DNA of 64,000 bases. Origin: Eledone cirrhosa (taxonomy: Eukaryota). The notes under the pieces are model-generated. The model saw only the letters and a program-made list of their open reading frames with translations, did no database searches and was not told the origin of the DNA. The position numbers and the translations under genes are program-made. Shown in pieces: positions 41,212 to 54,323 of this stretch (position 1 is its first letter; each line of letters begins with the position of its first letter). The stretch spans positions 11,780,001-11,844,000 of the forward strand of contig OZ024740.1 in the NCBI GenBank assembly GCA_964016885.1, written 5' to 3'.

Positions 41212-41256
41212 AACGATGTACTAGTTTCAAGCTTGTTAGCTATCATCAGCACCGTT
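41212..41256 (-). ncRNA. Minimal type I hammerhead ribozyme, array copy 4
   Basis: Reverse complement of 37974-38018. Confidence 0.8.
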
Positions 41257-41420
41257 TACCCATCTGCCAGATAGTTGAACGTTCGAAAGTATATACTTTC
41301 CTTATGAAAATTAACGGCTGAGCTGCCTAATTTGCATATATATATACATATATATATATACATATATATATACATATATATATACATATATATATATACA
41401 TATATATATACATATATATA

Positions 41421-43283
41421 TAACTTTGAAATGTTTTGGCCAGTATTGGCCCAGGCCATGTCTAACTTAATAGCACCACCTGGCGAAGTCTTTCAATTCA
41501 GGATTTGGGCACCATGGCCCATTCGAGAAGAGAATTACTGTTTGCGGAGACATATCCGGGTGTGGGTGGTTTGTCCGGGATTACTTGGAGGAATTTGTCC
41601 AAAGACTTCTTGAATTTTGTGTGGTCAGTTTCTGTTTTGACGTGTCCTGGTGTGATGTTGAAGAGAGCAGGGCCGATTGAGGTGAAATAATTGTGCCGTA
41701 TTGTTGTTATGAGTTGCGATTTAGATTTTTGAATGGGACGGATAGCACGGGGCCCAAGCCTTGGGTGTATCTTGAAGGCGATGCCAACATCATTTGGGCA
41801 GTGATGATGGAACATTTTCCACATCATGCAGATAATATAACGCTCACGGCGACGTTGGAGTGAGTAAAGTTTCAGGTTTTCTAATCGACCCCAGTAGTCA
41901 ATGCCATCTATCTTTTTCGTGATTGCCCTTTGAGGAGCTTCAAGTTTCATGATACTTTGTTTCGTGTGGGGAGACCACAGTGGACAACAGTATTCAAGGT
42001 GTGGTCGGACAAAAGTAGAGAAGAGAAGGATAATGGTGTGGGAATCTCTCGACTGAAAGGTTCTGAGGATCCAGGAACACATTCTGCGGGCCATGTCAAC
42101 TTTGCTGCTTATATGCGTGGTCCAGCTTATGTTGCTGTCCACGGTTACTCCCAAGTCTCTGATGTTGTTAGATGCCACGAGAGTTTCCCCGGAGGGAAGA
42201 GAGTACGGGAGTTTCAGAGCATCCTCTTTTCCAAAGTGGATCAGTTCGAATTTGTCTTCGTTCAGTAACATGTTGTTCTTTTCCGCCCATTGGGTAACAG
42301 CCAGTAGGTCTGACTGAAGGCTTATCCGGGCATCCACGCCATTGATGACCTTTTGGAGCTTGGAATCATCAGCGAAAATTTTAATGTTGCTGTGTTTGAT
42401 GATGTCAGTGATGTCATTAATATAGATGATGAAGAGAAGTGGGCCCAACACAGTGCCTTGTGGGACCCCACTACTGACTTTGGCTGGGCTGGACTTGACT
42501 CCTTCAACTACAACATGTTGGGTTCTGTTTGACAGGAAGCTCTTGATCCACTGCAGCAGCTTTCCAGTGACACCAATATTGGACAGCTTTCTCAGTAGAA
42601 TGTTATGATCAACCCTGTCAAAGGCCTTGCTGAAATCAAGGTAGATAACATCAGTGTTGGAACCCTCTCCCAAGGCTCTCAAAATGTTATCAAAGTGATG
42701 CAGTAGCTGCATCAGGCAATCCCTTCCATTACGGAATCCTTGCTGGTTGGAGTTCAGCATATTGTTACTCTCAAGGAAGTGGGTCATTCGCGATCTCACC
42801 ACTCTCTCAAATACCTTAATGATATGAGAGGTGAGTGAGATTGGACGGTAATTCACGGCAAGGGATTTGTTTCCCTTTTTGAAAACTGGGACAACAGACT
42901 GGGATAGAAGGTTTTCTGGCACATATCCAGCATCCAGTGAGTTCCGCCACAGATTGGCAAGAGGAGATGCAAGTTGGTGTTGACACGCCTTCAAGACACA
43001 AGCAGGCAACCTATCGGGACCTACTGCTGAATTATGCTTGATTTCCTTTATTGCCGCTAAGACATCAGGGGCGCCAAACGTTAGGTCCGATAAGGTGTAA
43101 TGGGGAGTAACATCGCCGATACAGCCCAGATCGGCCATATCAGGATTGCTGAAAACAGAGCAGTATTGTTTCTGCAGTATCTTACCCATGGTTTTAGCAT
43201 TGTCTTGAAGAGTGCCATTTTCATCAATTAGAGGGCCAACAGTAGAGCCAGTGATTTTGTTTTTTTGCAAATGAAAAGAAATA
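41421..43283 (-). mobile_element. 5'-truncated CR1/L2-group LINE (family C), RT frame open from 41498 to ~43260
   Basis: [33 protein letters not shown] and [10 protein letters not shown]. Same 3' end as the copy at 12554. Confidence 0.92.
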
Positions 43284-44275
<992 letters not shown>

Positions 44276-45520
44276 GGACTTAAAATTAACCTGGCAAAGA
44301 CTAAAGTTCTAGTTTGTAGGAAAGAAAACAAGGCGGCGGTCCCTTCTGGGAAATGGTCGTGCTCGGTGTGTAGGAAAGGTGTTGGTAGAAACTCCATTTT
44401 ATGTCCTAAATGCAAAGTATGGGTGCATAAAAGATGTAGTGGGATCACAGGTAAGCTAACTAAGAACATAGATTTTACATGTGGCCGGTGCTCTGGTGCA
44501 ATAAGTAGCAGCAAGTGCCCACAAAATACTAGCTCTTTCAATTGCGCAGAGGGTTCTATAGAAATAGTGGACAGCTTCCGTTACCTGGGCGATAAAATCA
44601 GCAGTGGGGGAGGGTGCTCTGAAAGTACTGTAGCTAGAGTCAGAACTGGTTGGAAAAAGTTCAGAGAGCTTATACCACTATTAGCTGCTAAAGGGTTCTC
44701 CCTAAAAATGAAAGGCAGGTTGTACGATGCCTGCATACGAACAGCAATGTTGCATGGCAGTGAGACCTGGGCATTGTGTGCAGAGGATATACGCAGACTA
44801 GAGAGGAACGAAGCTTGCATGCTCCGCTGGATGTGTGACAGTAATATACGTGAACGGCAAAGCATAAACGAACTAAGAAAAAATTAGAAATAAGAGGGAT
44901 CAGATGTTGTTTACTCGAGAGAAGGCTACGTTGGTATGGACACGTGATGCGCATGAAAGTCGATAGCTGTATAACAAAGTGCAGGGCAATAAAGATAGAC
45001 GGTAGCCACGGAATAGGCAGACCTAGAAAAACCTGGGACGAGCAGATAAACTCCGACCTCACACACTTACACCTCTCCAAGACAATGTCACTGGACCGAG
45101 ACCTTTGGCGGTACTCAGTAACAGAGAAGACCCGCCTTACCTAAATACATAGTAAAACCTACTACAGCCAGTAGGCATCTCTAACAAAATACACCCCGTC
45201 CCACCACCACCAACCCCACCCCATCCACACCACCCCGTTCTATGTAAAGTTATGTTGGTGCCGCGCCATCGAGGCCGAAACAAATGAGATCGTGTAGGTA
45301 TCACGACAAAAAAACACACAGTCCACGCTGTAATGTGGCCGTGTAGGCAACACGGTAAAAACCTCCCAGACCCACACTGTAAATGTGGTTGGTGTTAGGA
45401 AGGGCATCCAACTGTAGAAAACCTGCCAGACAGTCCTATGCGAGCAAGTGAGACTACCCCCCGTCCAAACCCATGCAAGCGTGGAACACGGACGTTAAAC
45501 GTTGATGATGATGATGATGA

Positions 45521-45523
<3 letters not shown>
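44276..45523 (+). mobile_element. RTE family A 3' fragment
   Basis: [14 protein letters not shown] finger, GRPRKTW, 3' UTR and (GAT)n running into (TA)n. Confidence 0.9.
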
Positions 45524-45583
<60 letters not shown>

Positions 45584-46120
45584 TATTATTTAAACCATTT
45601 CAGACATCACAAAGAATTTATTCACAGTAAACTTCTATTTTCACTACAGATATTTTGTTTCTTCTGTTACAGATGATGCACTTCCTTTTCACAACTTTTT
45701 TTTTACTTTTACAAAAATAAATGTGAGAGACCAGACATTATAGGATCTATGATGACCCTTCATTCTGGACGATTATGTAACAAATTATCTAGTTATGATG
45801 CTTCAATAAAACAGACACTCTAATCTGTGTAACAAATGATCTGTATGTGACCCCCAGAAACCCGTGAGCAGGCTAGAACTGGACGGAGTGTGGGTAAAAC
45901 AGAAAGAAAATCATATTGGTGTAAAGAGTGGTGACATATCAGATTTGATGGTGACAGACACTTGTATAAGACGGGAGACACTCTCTGAATGTTATATGAC
46001 ATTAAATTAGCAACAAGTACTAACAAAGCAACATGGCCAAAGACTACACTGAAAGATTCAAGGAAGCATATCCTTCACCCATGCATATTTACATACACAT
46101 GTAAACATTTATATATAATA

Positions 46121-46165
46121 TACGTCTGGATCGGTCGTTACTGTCTGACGACCGATCCAGACATA
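46121..46165. repeat. Short inverted repeat (15-bp perfect stem) flanked by TA
   Basis: gtctggatcggtcgt-tactgtctg-acgaccgatccagac. Confidence 0.8.
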
Positions 46166-46343
46166 TGTTAATATTGTCTTGGGTTAAGACACCTTTGGTA
46201 ATGGATTAGTTATATATTGTGTTGTTAACTTTCTAATTAAATAGCTCTGTTCTATATATAGAGCACTCTTTTTTCCTTTGCTTTTTCTTCGGAATTACCT
46301 AACATATATAATTTGAATAACCAACAAATTAAATAACTCATTG

Positions 46344-46383
<40 letters not shown>

Positions 46384-46416
46384 CATAAATACATGCACAA
46401 GCATATGTACACACTA

Positions 46417-46590
46417 TTGGATGGCCCTTGTTTTTCATGAATTCCTCTATCTTTGAGAGGTTCGTTTTTCATTTACCCTTCTCCTCACCAAACAGACCTG
46501 ATGGGATTGCCAGATTAGTCCATGACACACAACTATCCAATAGGTTGTACTGGGTTACATCTTACCAATAGTGTTCAAGCGTAACTTACC
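46417..46590 (-). mobile_element. Old relic related to the 5' part of the bipartite RTE element
   Basis: Shares tacaacct...gactaa-ctggcaa...ttggtgaggag...aaaaac...ggccatccaa in the same order as 63283-63435. Confidence 0.5.
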
Positions 46591-46819
46591 ATACCCACAC
46601 ACATTTGTTGTTGTTGTGGTATTAACTATTACCACTACTTTTGGTCACTTTTCTTGGTGTCACACTTTCTTAACTTTGTGTTTACTCTGGACACAAATAT
46701 ATTAACTTTTCACACCAGTGAGTGCTTTGTGACTGCCTCAAACAATTCAATTAGTACCTGCTATATAGCAGCTACAACTTCGATTCATACCCAATATCTC
46801 ACACTCACACACACACACA

Positions 46820-47318
46820 CATCATCATCATTATCATCATCGTTTAACATCTATCTTCCACGCTAGCATGGGTTAGACTGGAATTGTCCCACTTGAGGCA
46901 TGATTGGCCGGGTGACCGTGCCTCGCTCGTATAGGACTGTCTGGCAGGTTTTCTAGGATGCCCTTCCTAACACCAACCACATTTACAGTGTGGACTGGGA
47001 GGTTTTTACCATGTTACCTACATGACCACATTACAGCGTGGATTGTGTGTTTTTTGTCGTGACACCTACACGACCTCATTAGTTTGGACTGAATGTTGTG
47101 GTACCAACATAATTTTACAGAGATAGGGTGGTGTTGGTGGGAGTGGGGGGTGTATGTTTGGTTAAGAGGTGCCTACTGACTGTAGGTTTCACTTTGTACA
47201 TAGGCAATGCAGGATCTTCTGTATTACTGCGTGGAACCAAAGATCTTGGTCCAGTGACATTGTCTTAGAGAGGTGCAAGTGTGTATCAAAACGTCCCAGG
47301 TTTTTCTGGGTCTACCAG
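46820..47318 (-). mobile_element. Older RTE family A-related 3' fragment
   Basis: Degenerate (CAT)n tail, ggatgcccttcctaacaccaacc and an ORF-end remnant. Confidence 0.8.
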
Positions 47319-47339
47319 AATATATATATATATATATAT

Positions 47340-48135
47340 ATCATCATCATCATCATCATCATCATCAGGTTTAGCGTCCGTGTTCCACGCTTGCATGGGT
47401 TTGGACGGGGGTTTTCCCACTTGAGGCAAGAGTGGTTGTCTTGCTCGCATAGGACTGTCTGGCGGGTTTTCTACAGTTGGATGCCCTTCCTAACACCAAC
47501 CACATTTACAGTGTGGGGCTGGGAGGTTTTTACCGTGTTGCCTACACGGCCACATTACAGCGTGGACTGTCTGGCGGGTTTTCTACAGCTGGATGCCCTT
47601 CCTAACACCAACCACATTTACAGTGTGGGGCTGGGAGGTTTTTACCGTGTTGCCTACACGGCCACATTTACAGTGTGGACTGTGTGTTTTTTTTGTCGTG
47701 ACACCTACACGATCTCATTTGTTTCGGCCTGGATGTTGTGGGACCAACATAACTGTACATTGAAAGGGGCGGTGTGGATGGGGTGGAGGTGGTGGGACGG
47801 GGGGGGGGGGGGTGTTTTGATAGAGATGCCTACTGACTGTAGTAGGTTTTTACTTTGTATTTAGGTAAGGCGGGTCTTCTCTATTACTGAGTACCGCCAA
47901 AGGTCTCGGTCCAGTGACATTGTCTTGGAGAGGTGTAAGCGTGTGAGGTCGGAATTTATCAGCTCGTCCCAGGTTTTTCTGGGTCTGCCTACTCCGTGGC
48001 TACCGTCTATCTTTATTGCCCTGCACTTTGTTATACAGCTGTCGTCTTTCATGCGCATCACGTGACCGTACCAACGTAGCCTTCTCTCGAGTAAACAACA
48101 TCTGATCCCTCTTATTTCTAATTTTTTCCTTAGTT
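47340..48135 (-). mobile_element. RTE family A variant 3' fragment with the 112-bp UTR duplication
   Basis: ORF end 47861-48061, duplicated UTR block and (CAT)n tail. Confidence 0.88.
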
Positions 48136-48152
48136 ATATATATATATATATA

Positions 48153-48594
48153 GTGAAGGCTCATGGTTTAGTGGTTAGAGCATTGGGCTTGCAATCGAAA
48201 GGTTGTGAGTTCAATTTTCGGACCGGGTGATGTGTTGTTTCCTTGAGCAAGATACTTTATTTCACATTGCTCCAGTTTACTCAGCTGTAGAAATGAGATG
48301 ATAGGGACTGGAGTCCCTATTATTCCACTGCAAAGTGGTCGTGGAGGTGCCACGGCAAAAAGCACCCAGCCCACACTGTAAAGTGGACATGTAGGCGCCA
48401 TGGAAAAAAAGCACCTAGCACTCACTGTAAATGAGGTTGGTGTTAGGAAGGGCATCCAGCTGTAGAAATCAAGCCAGAATCAGTTCCCGTATGAGCAAGA
48501 CAAGGTCAGCCGACCAGACACTGCTCACAACAGGACAACCCGTCTAACCCATGCTAGCGTGGAAAAACGGGCGTAAAACGGTGATGAAGATGAT
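48153..48594 (+). mobile_element. tRNA/CORE SINE head followed by an RTE family B 3' UTR tail
   Basis: A box tggtttagtgg, B box gagttcaatt and CORE-like ccttgagcaagatacttt. 48325-48594 matches 26635-26900. Confidence 0.65.
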
Positions 48595-48741
48595 ATATAT
48601 ATATATCTACACACACAGACACACAGACACACACCCACATACATATTTTAACATAGTTACATCACAAAAGTTGAATACATTAAGAAATATTTTTAGGAAG
48701 TCACAAAACAAAAGTAAAAGAAAAGTAAAAGAAAAACTTAC

Positions 48742-49655
48742 ACATTCTTCAGGTTCTTCTAGAAGGAATGCCACAGGTGGCGTTGCAGGTACTTCTTCTT
48801 CTTCTACGACTGAAGGAGGTGCAGATGGCGGGGGAAGAGGCTTAGATGGTGAAGGTAACTTAGGAGGTGTAGCCACCTCGTTAGTGTCCTTGGAAACTGG
48901 TGGAACGGATAACTTTTCATCCTTCTTATCTTCTTTCTTCTCCCTCTTGCTAAGCTTAGGCTTGGGACGTCGAGGTTGTTCATTACCGAACGATACAAAG
49001 AACCCTTCATTGGCAGAAGATGTTGCTTCCTCCGTGATGTCAGCAGACCCTGTTGGAGCCTCTTCAGCTTGACTGGGACTGTCGAGCGAAGAAGTGGTAG
49101 GAGGTGGAGGATGTCGTCGCTGCGGAGGACTGCTACTGACGCTGCTTGGAGATCCACGTTGGCTGCTTTGGTTGCTTCTTATACTCTGTCGACTAGGACT
49201 ACCTGATGGTGACTGCCAACTTGTTACCCCAGATGTGCTCACATTGTTATTTGTATTAGCATTACTACTACTACTACTGTTAATATTACTACTATTTAAA
49301 TATGGTACATATCCTGAAGAGGACACAGCATGAGGGTGAGGTGCATACTCAGATGGTAGAGGCTCCTCTTGAGTCCTACTTTGGTTACCGTGTAGCGAAA
49401 AGCCCGCTGCCACCGAGGTTATCACAGCATTAGCCATACTTGGATGTACACCTATGAGTTCTGGCTTCGGGTGACCTGGAAGACCACTGTATGGTGTCGC
49501 CGTAGGAATTGGTTGGCCGACCGACGTGGTGTACGTGTTTGGTAGGTGATGGGCTATACCAACCGAGTGTGGTGGAGGGGTAGGGTATGGTGACATGACT
49601 GGCGATATGTAAGGCTGTGTTGGTGGTGTTGGGGAATGCAACATAAACTGTTGAC
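48742..49655 (-). CDS. CAMSAP: Large internal Pro/Ser-rich exon (914 bp), probably CAMSAP/Patronin family
   Basis: Acceptor ttttgttttgcag|, donor TGT|gtaagt and a fully open frame. GFFVSFGNEQPRRPKPKL resembles the Patronin GF.ISF..EQP.RPKP.L motif as recalled. The exon is well supported, the gene name is tentative. Confidence 0.6.
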
Positions 49656-49764
49656 CTGCAAAACAAAAGAATTTCAAAGACAAATTCTTTATAGAACAGA
49701 AGGAGAAGAAAATTAGAAAATAAAAAACAAACAACAAAGAAAAGAAATAATTTCTTATTTAAGC

Positions 49765-49960
49765 AGAAGGGCCAACAGTTTTGTGGGGTAAGGAAAGTTA
49801 ATTACATCAACCCCAGTACTTTACTGGGACTTTATTTTATCAACCTCGAAAGGATGAAAGGCAAAGTTGACCTCAGCGAGATTTGAACTCAGAATGTTAT
49901 GGGCCATAACTAAATACTGCAAAGCATTTTGTCTGATGCTCTACCAATTTTGACAATCCG
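49765..49960 (-). mobile_element. Nin-domain SINE
   Basis: ttttatcaacctcgaaaggatgaaaggcaaagttgacctcagcgagatttgaactcagaa (reverse complement of B box plus Nin core). Confidence 0.7.
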
Positions 49961-50691
49961 CAAGAAAAGAAATACAAGTGATTTCTTTAACCTCTTTGAT
50001 ACCAAACCATCCCTGGTCTTTGGTACAGAACTCATGGTCTTAAAATGTTTATATTTAAAAACCTTCCATCATAATTTTATGCTAAGACATTTGTTAAGCT
50101 ATGCTCCAAACACCAACCTTAATGTTGAGAATGATATAGTACTAAATCACTCCAAATTCTTGATTATTTTTCAAAATAATTTGAAAATCATTGGCAGTCT
50201 TTCATTAGATATATGGTAAAGAAAGCTGAATATATTTTGCAGAAAATTTTTTTTTTTTAAATCTTAGCTAATGTTACATAATAGAACTTCTAAGGTAAAG
50301 TTAATGTAGGTATAATCACAGTTTCTAAGTCTCACTGTAGGATGTAAATATAAACAAATGTTATAACATTTTGCTATTCTTTTTATTCACAAAAAATATG
50401 AGATTGCCTTTACGTTTTTTTTCTGAAAATAATATTTTCTTCCAGTGAGATTTGTGAATTATCTACATTAAATTTATCCGATTTTCTAATATACAAGCTG
50501 TTGTGTATATAAATATATATTTATCATAGATTTTCTAATATACACGGTGTTGTGTATATAAATATTATTTAATTATATAACAGAACTAGAAAAATGAAAA
50601 TTTGATAATCAAGAATGACTTAACAGAGATAAAGTCTTGGATTTGGATATAAAGAGAGCAAAATAGCATGGTGTATAAAGAGAGTAATAGC

Positions 50692-50945
50692 AAGTGAAGG
50701 TATGTAGCCTAGCGGTTAGATTGTTGGTCTCATGGTCATAAATTTCATGGGTTTGATTCCCTGAATGGGTGGCAAGCTGAGCCTTTGAGTAAGACATTTC
50801 ATGTCACTCCAGTTGAGGGTTAACCTTGCAAACAACTGGTATTCCATCAAGTAGGATAGTCTTGTACTCTCACTTAAGGCCACATAAAACCAGGATCAGC
50901 TTTAGCCTAATGAGCACCTAAGCTGAAGAAACACTAACTTTAATT
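50692..50945 (+). mobile_element. Degenerate tRNA/CORE SINE
   Basis: tagcctagcggttag A box, ggtttgattcc B box and ctttgagtaagacattt. Confidence 0.5.
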
Positions 50946-51129
50946 AATAGCAAAGCAAGTGAAGCAGTTTATATTAGGAAGTCATAACGAAATCTTCAGA
51001 GAAATTGGTCAGAAATCTTTAGTTCTACTAAATCTTATATTTCAAGAATTATGGTCTGTCAACATGAAACACACACAGTGAAGATACTATCTAAATTCCC
51101 AAACACTACACAAAATAATTGTTTCTCGA

Positions 51130-51765
51130 GGGTGGGGGGTTAGTTAATTTAAACTGATTTCAGTATTTCATTGCTACTTTATTTTATAAACCCTGAAAGG
51201 ACATCAAAGTTGATCTTAGTGGGACTAGGAACATAAAGAGCTAGAACAAATACCATGGCTTGTTTTGTCCTATGTACTAATAATTCTATGAAATTAGACA
51301 AAATAATAATGGTTTGTGATTTAGGCACAAGGCTAGCAATTTTGGGAGAGGGGCAAGTCGATTAAATTGACTCCAGTACATTACTGGTACTTTATTTTAT
51401 CAACTCCGTAAGGATGAAAGGCAAAGTAGACCTCGGTGGTATTTGAAATCAGAATATAAAGGAACGTAACTATATGCCACAAAACTTTGTCCAATGCTCT
51501 ACCAATTACAACTAATTGACCACCCTTGATAATAATAATAATAATGGTTTCTGATTTTGGCACAAGGCCAACAATTTTGGGGTGAGCGGAAAGTTGACTA
51601 AATCGACCCCAGTACATTACTGGTACTTTATTTTATCGACCCCGTAAGGATGAAAGGCAAAGTTAACCTCGGCAGGATTTGAACTGAGAACACAAAGAGA
51701 CATAACTATATGCCACAAAGCATATCGTCCGATGCTCTACCGATACTGCCAATCCACTGCCTACA
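51130..51765 (-). mobile_element. Cluster of three tandem Nin-domain SINE copies
   Basis: Recurring ctggtactttattttatc-acccc-taaggatgaaaggcaaag near 51175, 51385 and 51620. Confidence 0.7.
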
Positions 51766-53214
51766 GTTTCATTTCAATATCCAAAAATAACCAAAATTTG
51801 AAAAATGATTAACTTTAATAAACCACAACAATAACAACAACAATAACAACAACAACACAAAATATGCAGAAACAATCACAACATTTAACTAAATTAGATC
51901 ATCATCATCATTTAATGTCCATTTTCCTGCTAGCAAGGGTTAGACAGGTCTACTGACCTCCCAGACAGGCTCAAGGTATCCTGCTTACATACCGTCATAT
52001 AGAGTGCAGAGGAGAAGTTGTCATGTCTTTTGACACAAACTGAAGAGTCCTCCTAACCCCTTGTTTAGCAAGCTCTCTATGACTGGATGCCTTTCCTAAC
52101 ACCAACCCCTTTACAGCGTGTACTGGGTGCTTTTATTGTGAAGATCAGCAACACTAATTCACAGGTAAAACCAGCATGGCATAATTTGTTATTAGGTTGG
52201 ATATTTGAATTACAGGTACAATATAAAAGGTACCCAATTACACTCACAGGGCTTTTGTCAACCTGGAGCTACGATAAAAACACTAACTTAACATCCTATA
52301 CCACATTAACAAGACATTCTTGAAAAGTACAAAACAGCATAGTCACATTAAAAATCTATGTCTTTACTACTACAAATGTCCACTAATAAAGATGAGCCAT
52401 ATCCTATGTGGCCAACTACTCTAGAAATGTTGTCCATGCCTGCTATGGGGATCATTTTTTAAATGACCAACAAGTAATATAACTTGATAGTCAATTATTT
52501 TAATCTATATTATTTACTGGGGTTTTAAACATGAAAACAATATCATTTACAAGATCTAACATTCCAAACATGAAATTATTTAGCTCAAAGTCAGCCATGA
52601 GTGAGATAACTGAGCTGACATATAATCAAAGGGGCTCCAGATGTGACCACCTTACCTGTCTAAAAGTATCCAGGACAACATCTTCAAGATGCTATGGTTT
52701 GACTTGAAGGAAATTGGGCTACTATTTCTATTGGGTTGAGCAAACATGTAGAGGCTTCCTCAATGAAAAGATTGATATCCCCTATTATTAAAACACCCTC
52801 CTATGAGATGCAGAAAACCAGTTAAACCTGCATAGATGTGAACCACAACAACAAAGGCAGGATGACAAAGTAGACATGCACTTGTGTTCTTGAAAAATGG
52901 AAACACTTTTACAGATTTATTGAACTGGGAGGGATTAAAAACATATTTCAGAGTGAAAAGCTTTAAAATAAATATCAAACATAAATCAAACTTGAAGACT
53001 GAGAAGGGAAACTATCCTAAAACTAGACATTGACTGTAGTCTCTAATAAGGGAAAACTGCAGATTTACCTTGCAACTATTTTCAAGATGCTATCATTTAA
53101 CAAATTAAAAGTATAAAGTATCATAATGATCACCTAATTAGAATCTCAATTAACTAATGAGGCCCTGGAAGTCAATAAAACCAAGATATTCAAGTTTCAG
53201 AACCAGAGAAAGAT

Positions 53215-53529
53215 CACACCAACAACATGATACTACTGCAAGGCTAGGACCTTGCTGGAGCAGTGGACTGACAGGGCTGTAGACATACTCCACACCAACA
53301 ACATGATACTACTGCAAGGCTAGGACCTTGCTGGAGCAGTGGACTGACAGGGCTGTAGACATACTCCACACCAACAACATGATACTACTGCAAGGCTAGG
53401 ACCTTGCTGGAGCAGTGGACTGACAGGGCTGTAGACATACTCCACACCAACAACATGATACTACTGCAAGGCTAGGACCTTGCTGGAGCAGTGGACTGAC
53501 AGGGCTGTAGACATACTCCACACCAACAA
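53215..53529. repeat. 76-bp minisatellite, ~4.1 perfect copies
   Basis: aacaacatgatactactgcaagg at 53221, 53297, 53373 and 53449. Confidence 0.95.
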
Positions 53530-53879
53530 TGGCTTGTTGCCATGGTGCAGATGACCAACTTATCTCACCATGGCAACCTTCCAAGTAGAAGTACCAGGAC
53601 CAAAGGAAAAGTTTTATTATGATTTGTTACTAATATGATCCGACTTGTCTTATAACGGGACAACTTGTCTAACCCATGCTAGCGTGGAATATGACTAAGT
53701 GATGATGATGATCTTCCATCAGTTTCAAAAATAAACATTCAGTTGTTCTATCAACTGAAAATCGAACTCCTGAATGAATGCACAAGTGGTTCAGTATTCC
53801 ACAGACACATAGCTTTAATGAATTCCTAAGCCAAATCAGCATGACAATACTTGACAAGAATGGATCTTTGAATTGCAGG

Positions 53880-54045
53880 TACAATCCCACAGGCTTCCAT
53901 ACAGTTTCCATCTACCCAATTTCTCTGACAAGACTTGGGTTGACTCAAGACTATGGTAAAGACACTTGCCCAAGATGCCACATAGTAGCATCGAACCCAG
54001 GACCTTGTGATTGGAATGTAAACTAAACCCCTTAGCCATACATGC
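53880..54045 (-). mobile_element. Degenerate tRNA/CORE SINE
   Basis: gacacttgcccaagatgccacatagtagcatcgaacccagg (reverse complement of CORE plus B box). Related copies near 61300-61500 and 62310-62420. Confidence 0.55.
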
Positions 54046-54157
54046 ATCCACTGATCCTAATATACATTTAAGATATTTATCATTTCTCAATTTAGTGTGA
54101 GTGTCTGTATAATTAACTATAGCTTGTTAATAATCAGAAATGTGATCAATAATTTAA

Positions 54158-54323
54158 CCCTTTGGCATTTAAACTGGCCGTATCCAGCCAGAATTCTCTC
54201 ACCTCTTTCTGTTCAAACCAGCTGTAAATGACCACTTATACTGACATTAAGGTATTGTTCTCAAAATAAATAGCATCAAAATCTCGTAGATTCGATATTA
54301 TGTGAGATAATTATGTAATAGGG
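54158..54323. mobile_element. piggyBac-like MITE (shorter copy)
   Basis: TTAA|ccctttggcattt...ggg|TTAA. Body matches the copies at 57166 and 62506. Confidence 0.6.

Larger units (their letters stand above)
39511..41339 (-). repeat. Tandem array of a 466-bp unit (~3.9 copies), each with a hammerhead ribozyme; candidate retrozyme
   Basis: Unit starts at 39511, 39977, 40443 and 40909. Copies are almost identical. Confidence 0.9.

Noticed and set aside
39526-41321. Repeated 93-aa, 112-aa and 66-aa ORFs in the 466-bp array
   Set aside because: Low-complexity translations across the internal TA tract with no recognisable domain.
48153-48230. tRNA-like A/B boxes as a tRNA gene
   Set aside because: No convincing cloverleaf, and it runs directly into a CORE domain, so it is a SINE head.
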